Origin: a phage
Length of the DNA: 64,000 nt
Strand: one strand, 5' to 3'
Sequence record: PX104379.1
This document shows positions 62,895 through 64,000 of the stretch, piece by piece. The position numbers were made by a program, and so were the translations under genes. The notes beneath the pieces are model-generated. The model saw nothing but the letters and a program-made list of their open reading frames with translations. It was not told where the DNA came from and did not search any database. Each line of letters begins with the position of its first letter. Position 1 is the stretch's first letter.

Positions 62895-63174
62895 ATTGAA
62901 TCACCTTCAGTTGACGTTTTAATTCTTTTATCATCTCTTCGTTCATCGCAATATAAAGATCGCGTAAAGCAGGTTTTAACATTCCATTTACTGGAGAACT
63001 AAATGGACATACATAATCTTTTCCTACAAGCTTTTTGGTGAATTCCATATCACAGAACTTAAATCCCGGCTCATTGGTATAAATTCCCCAATTAGTTGAC
63101 ATCATTTTATTGGCATATTCTAGTGCCTGGATTTGATTCATAATTCCATCAATTTGAAACTTTTTAATATTCAT
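62878..63174 (-). CDS. Hypothetical protein (arn.2 position)
   Basis: 98-aa ORF. Confidence 0.5.
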   Translation of the reverse strand: MNIKKFQIDGIMNQIQALEYANKMMSTNWGIYTNEPGFKFCDMEFTKKLVGKDYVCPFSSPVNGMLKPALRDLYIAMNEEMIKELKRQLKVIQFGQGN

Positions 63175-63635
63175 TAGTAAAGGTCCTCAGAGTAAAGTTC
63201 TTTTTCACTACCACCACGTTCAATACGTACTTGTCCAGCGTAAGTTGCAATAATCATTGCTTCTTCGCGAGTCCAATAATTACTATATTGGTCAATAAAC
63301 CCTTGGTCATCATCACAAACTTGTTGAGTAACTAATTGAGGTTTAACTACATCTAAAACTTCTGCCATATCTTTAGAATAATGACGAGCACCTGGAATAA
63401 TAAGAGTTCGTCCATCTTTTAATTTAAAACGGTTGGCTGCACAGACAATTCGTCGTTGATACTTTTGGTTTTCATCCCAATATGCAGTCTGCCAACAGAT
63501 TTCAGGAACTTCTTTCAGAATATCTTCTTCTGCGCATTTATAACCATGCGCTTTAAATTTTTCAACAAGACTTTCTGGAGTTTCACGAGATAAAGGAACA
63601 TTCAGCATTTTTAAACGATTAATAAATGGGTTCAT
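63174..63635 (-). CDS. Hypothetical protein (arn.3 position)
   Basis: 153-aa ORF. Confidence 0.5.
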   Translation of the reverse strand: MNPFINRLKMLNVPLSRETPESLVEKFKAHGYKCAEEDILKEVPEICWQTAYWDENQKYQRRIVCAANRFKLKDGRTLIIPGARHYSKDMAEVLDVVKPQLVTQQVCDDDQGFIDQYSNYWTREEAMIIATYAGQVRIERGGSEKELYSEDLY

Positions 63636-63961
63636 TTAAACCATCCTTTAATACGTTGCCACAAAGTTTTCTGCTGAGCTTTGTTAACACCAATTGAACG
63701 AATAACTGGTTGAGATTCCTGGAATTCTTTATAATCAGCAAGGTAAATTTCGTAAGCTGCATCCGTAAATGAACTTATCGCTGCCATAAAATTATTGCGA
63801 ATACCTACTGGAGCATCTTTACTTTCACGAATAATCATGTATTTACCAGTCTTAATCTTTACGATAGTTCCAAGATAAGCTCCATGATACCAGATGTCCC
63901 AACCCTCTTGAGTAGGTTCTGCACAGCGACGAAGTTCATTAACAATTTCTAACTTGTTCAT
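63632..63961 (-). CDS. Hypothetical protein (arn.4 position)
   Basis: 109-aa ORF. Confidence 0.5.
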   Translation of the reverse strand: MNKLEIVNELRRCAEPTQEGWDIWYHGAYLGTIVKIKTGKYMIIRESKDAPVGIRNNFMAAISSFTDAAYEIYLADYKEFQESQPVIRSIGVNKAQQKTLWQRIKGWFK

Positions 63962-64000
63962 TATTTATTCCTCACAGTTCAGATGCTACAGCGATTACTG

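Overview
This window is a contiguous 64 kb segment of a T4-like (Tequatrovirus-type) myovirus genome, colinear with phage T4 from gene 18 through the asiA/arn region. All identifications are from reading the six-frame translations against remembered T4 protein sequences and motifs; no database search was run. Content in order: head and tail structural genes (18, 19, 20, 67, 68, 21, 22, 23, 24), rnlB, hoc, inh, uvsW, uvsY, baseplate genes (25, 26, 51, 27, 28, 29, 48, 54), two Alt-type ADP-ribosyltransferases, DNA ligase (30), a run of small 30.x-position ORFs, rIII, 31, cd, pseT, a spanin pair, alc, rnlA, denA, nrdB, nrdA, td, frd, 32, 59, 33, dsbA, rnh, long tail fibre genes 34-37, 38, holin t, asiA and arn. 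Genes are tightly packed, with TATAAATA late promoters, GTTTAC-type early promoters and GC-rich tetraloop hairpin terminators. Main departures from T4 as I remember it: a 119-aa ORF inserted between frd and td, an intact second Alt paralogue, a Hoc with a duplicated Ig domain, a mosaic gp37, and no introns or homing endonuclease genes at the T4 sites. No tRNA, CRISPR array or transposon was seen. I found no single clear-cut new system; the best candidates are the frd-td insertion and the ADP-ribosylation writer/eraser neighbourhood (Alt pair plus NADAR-like protein).
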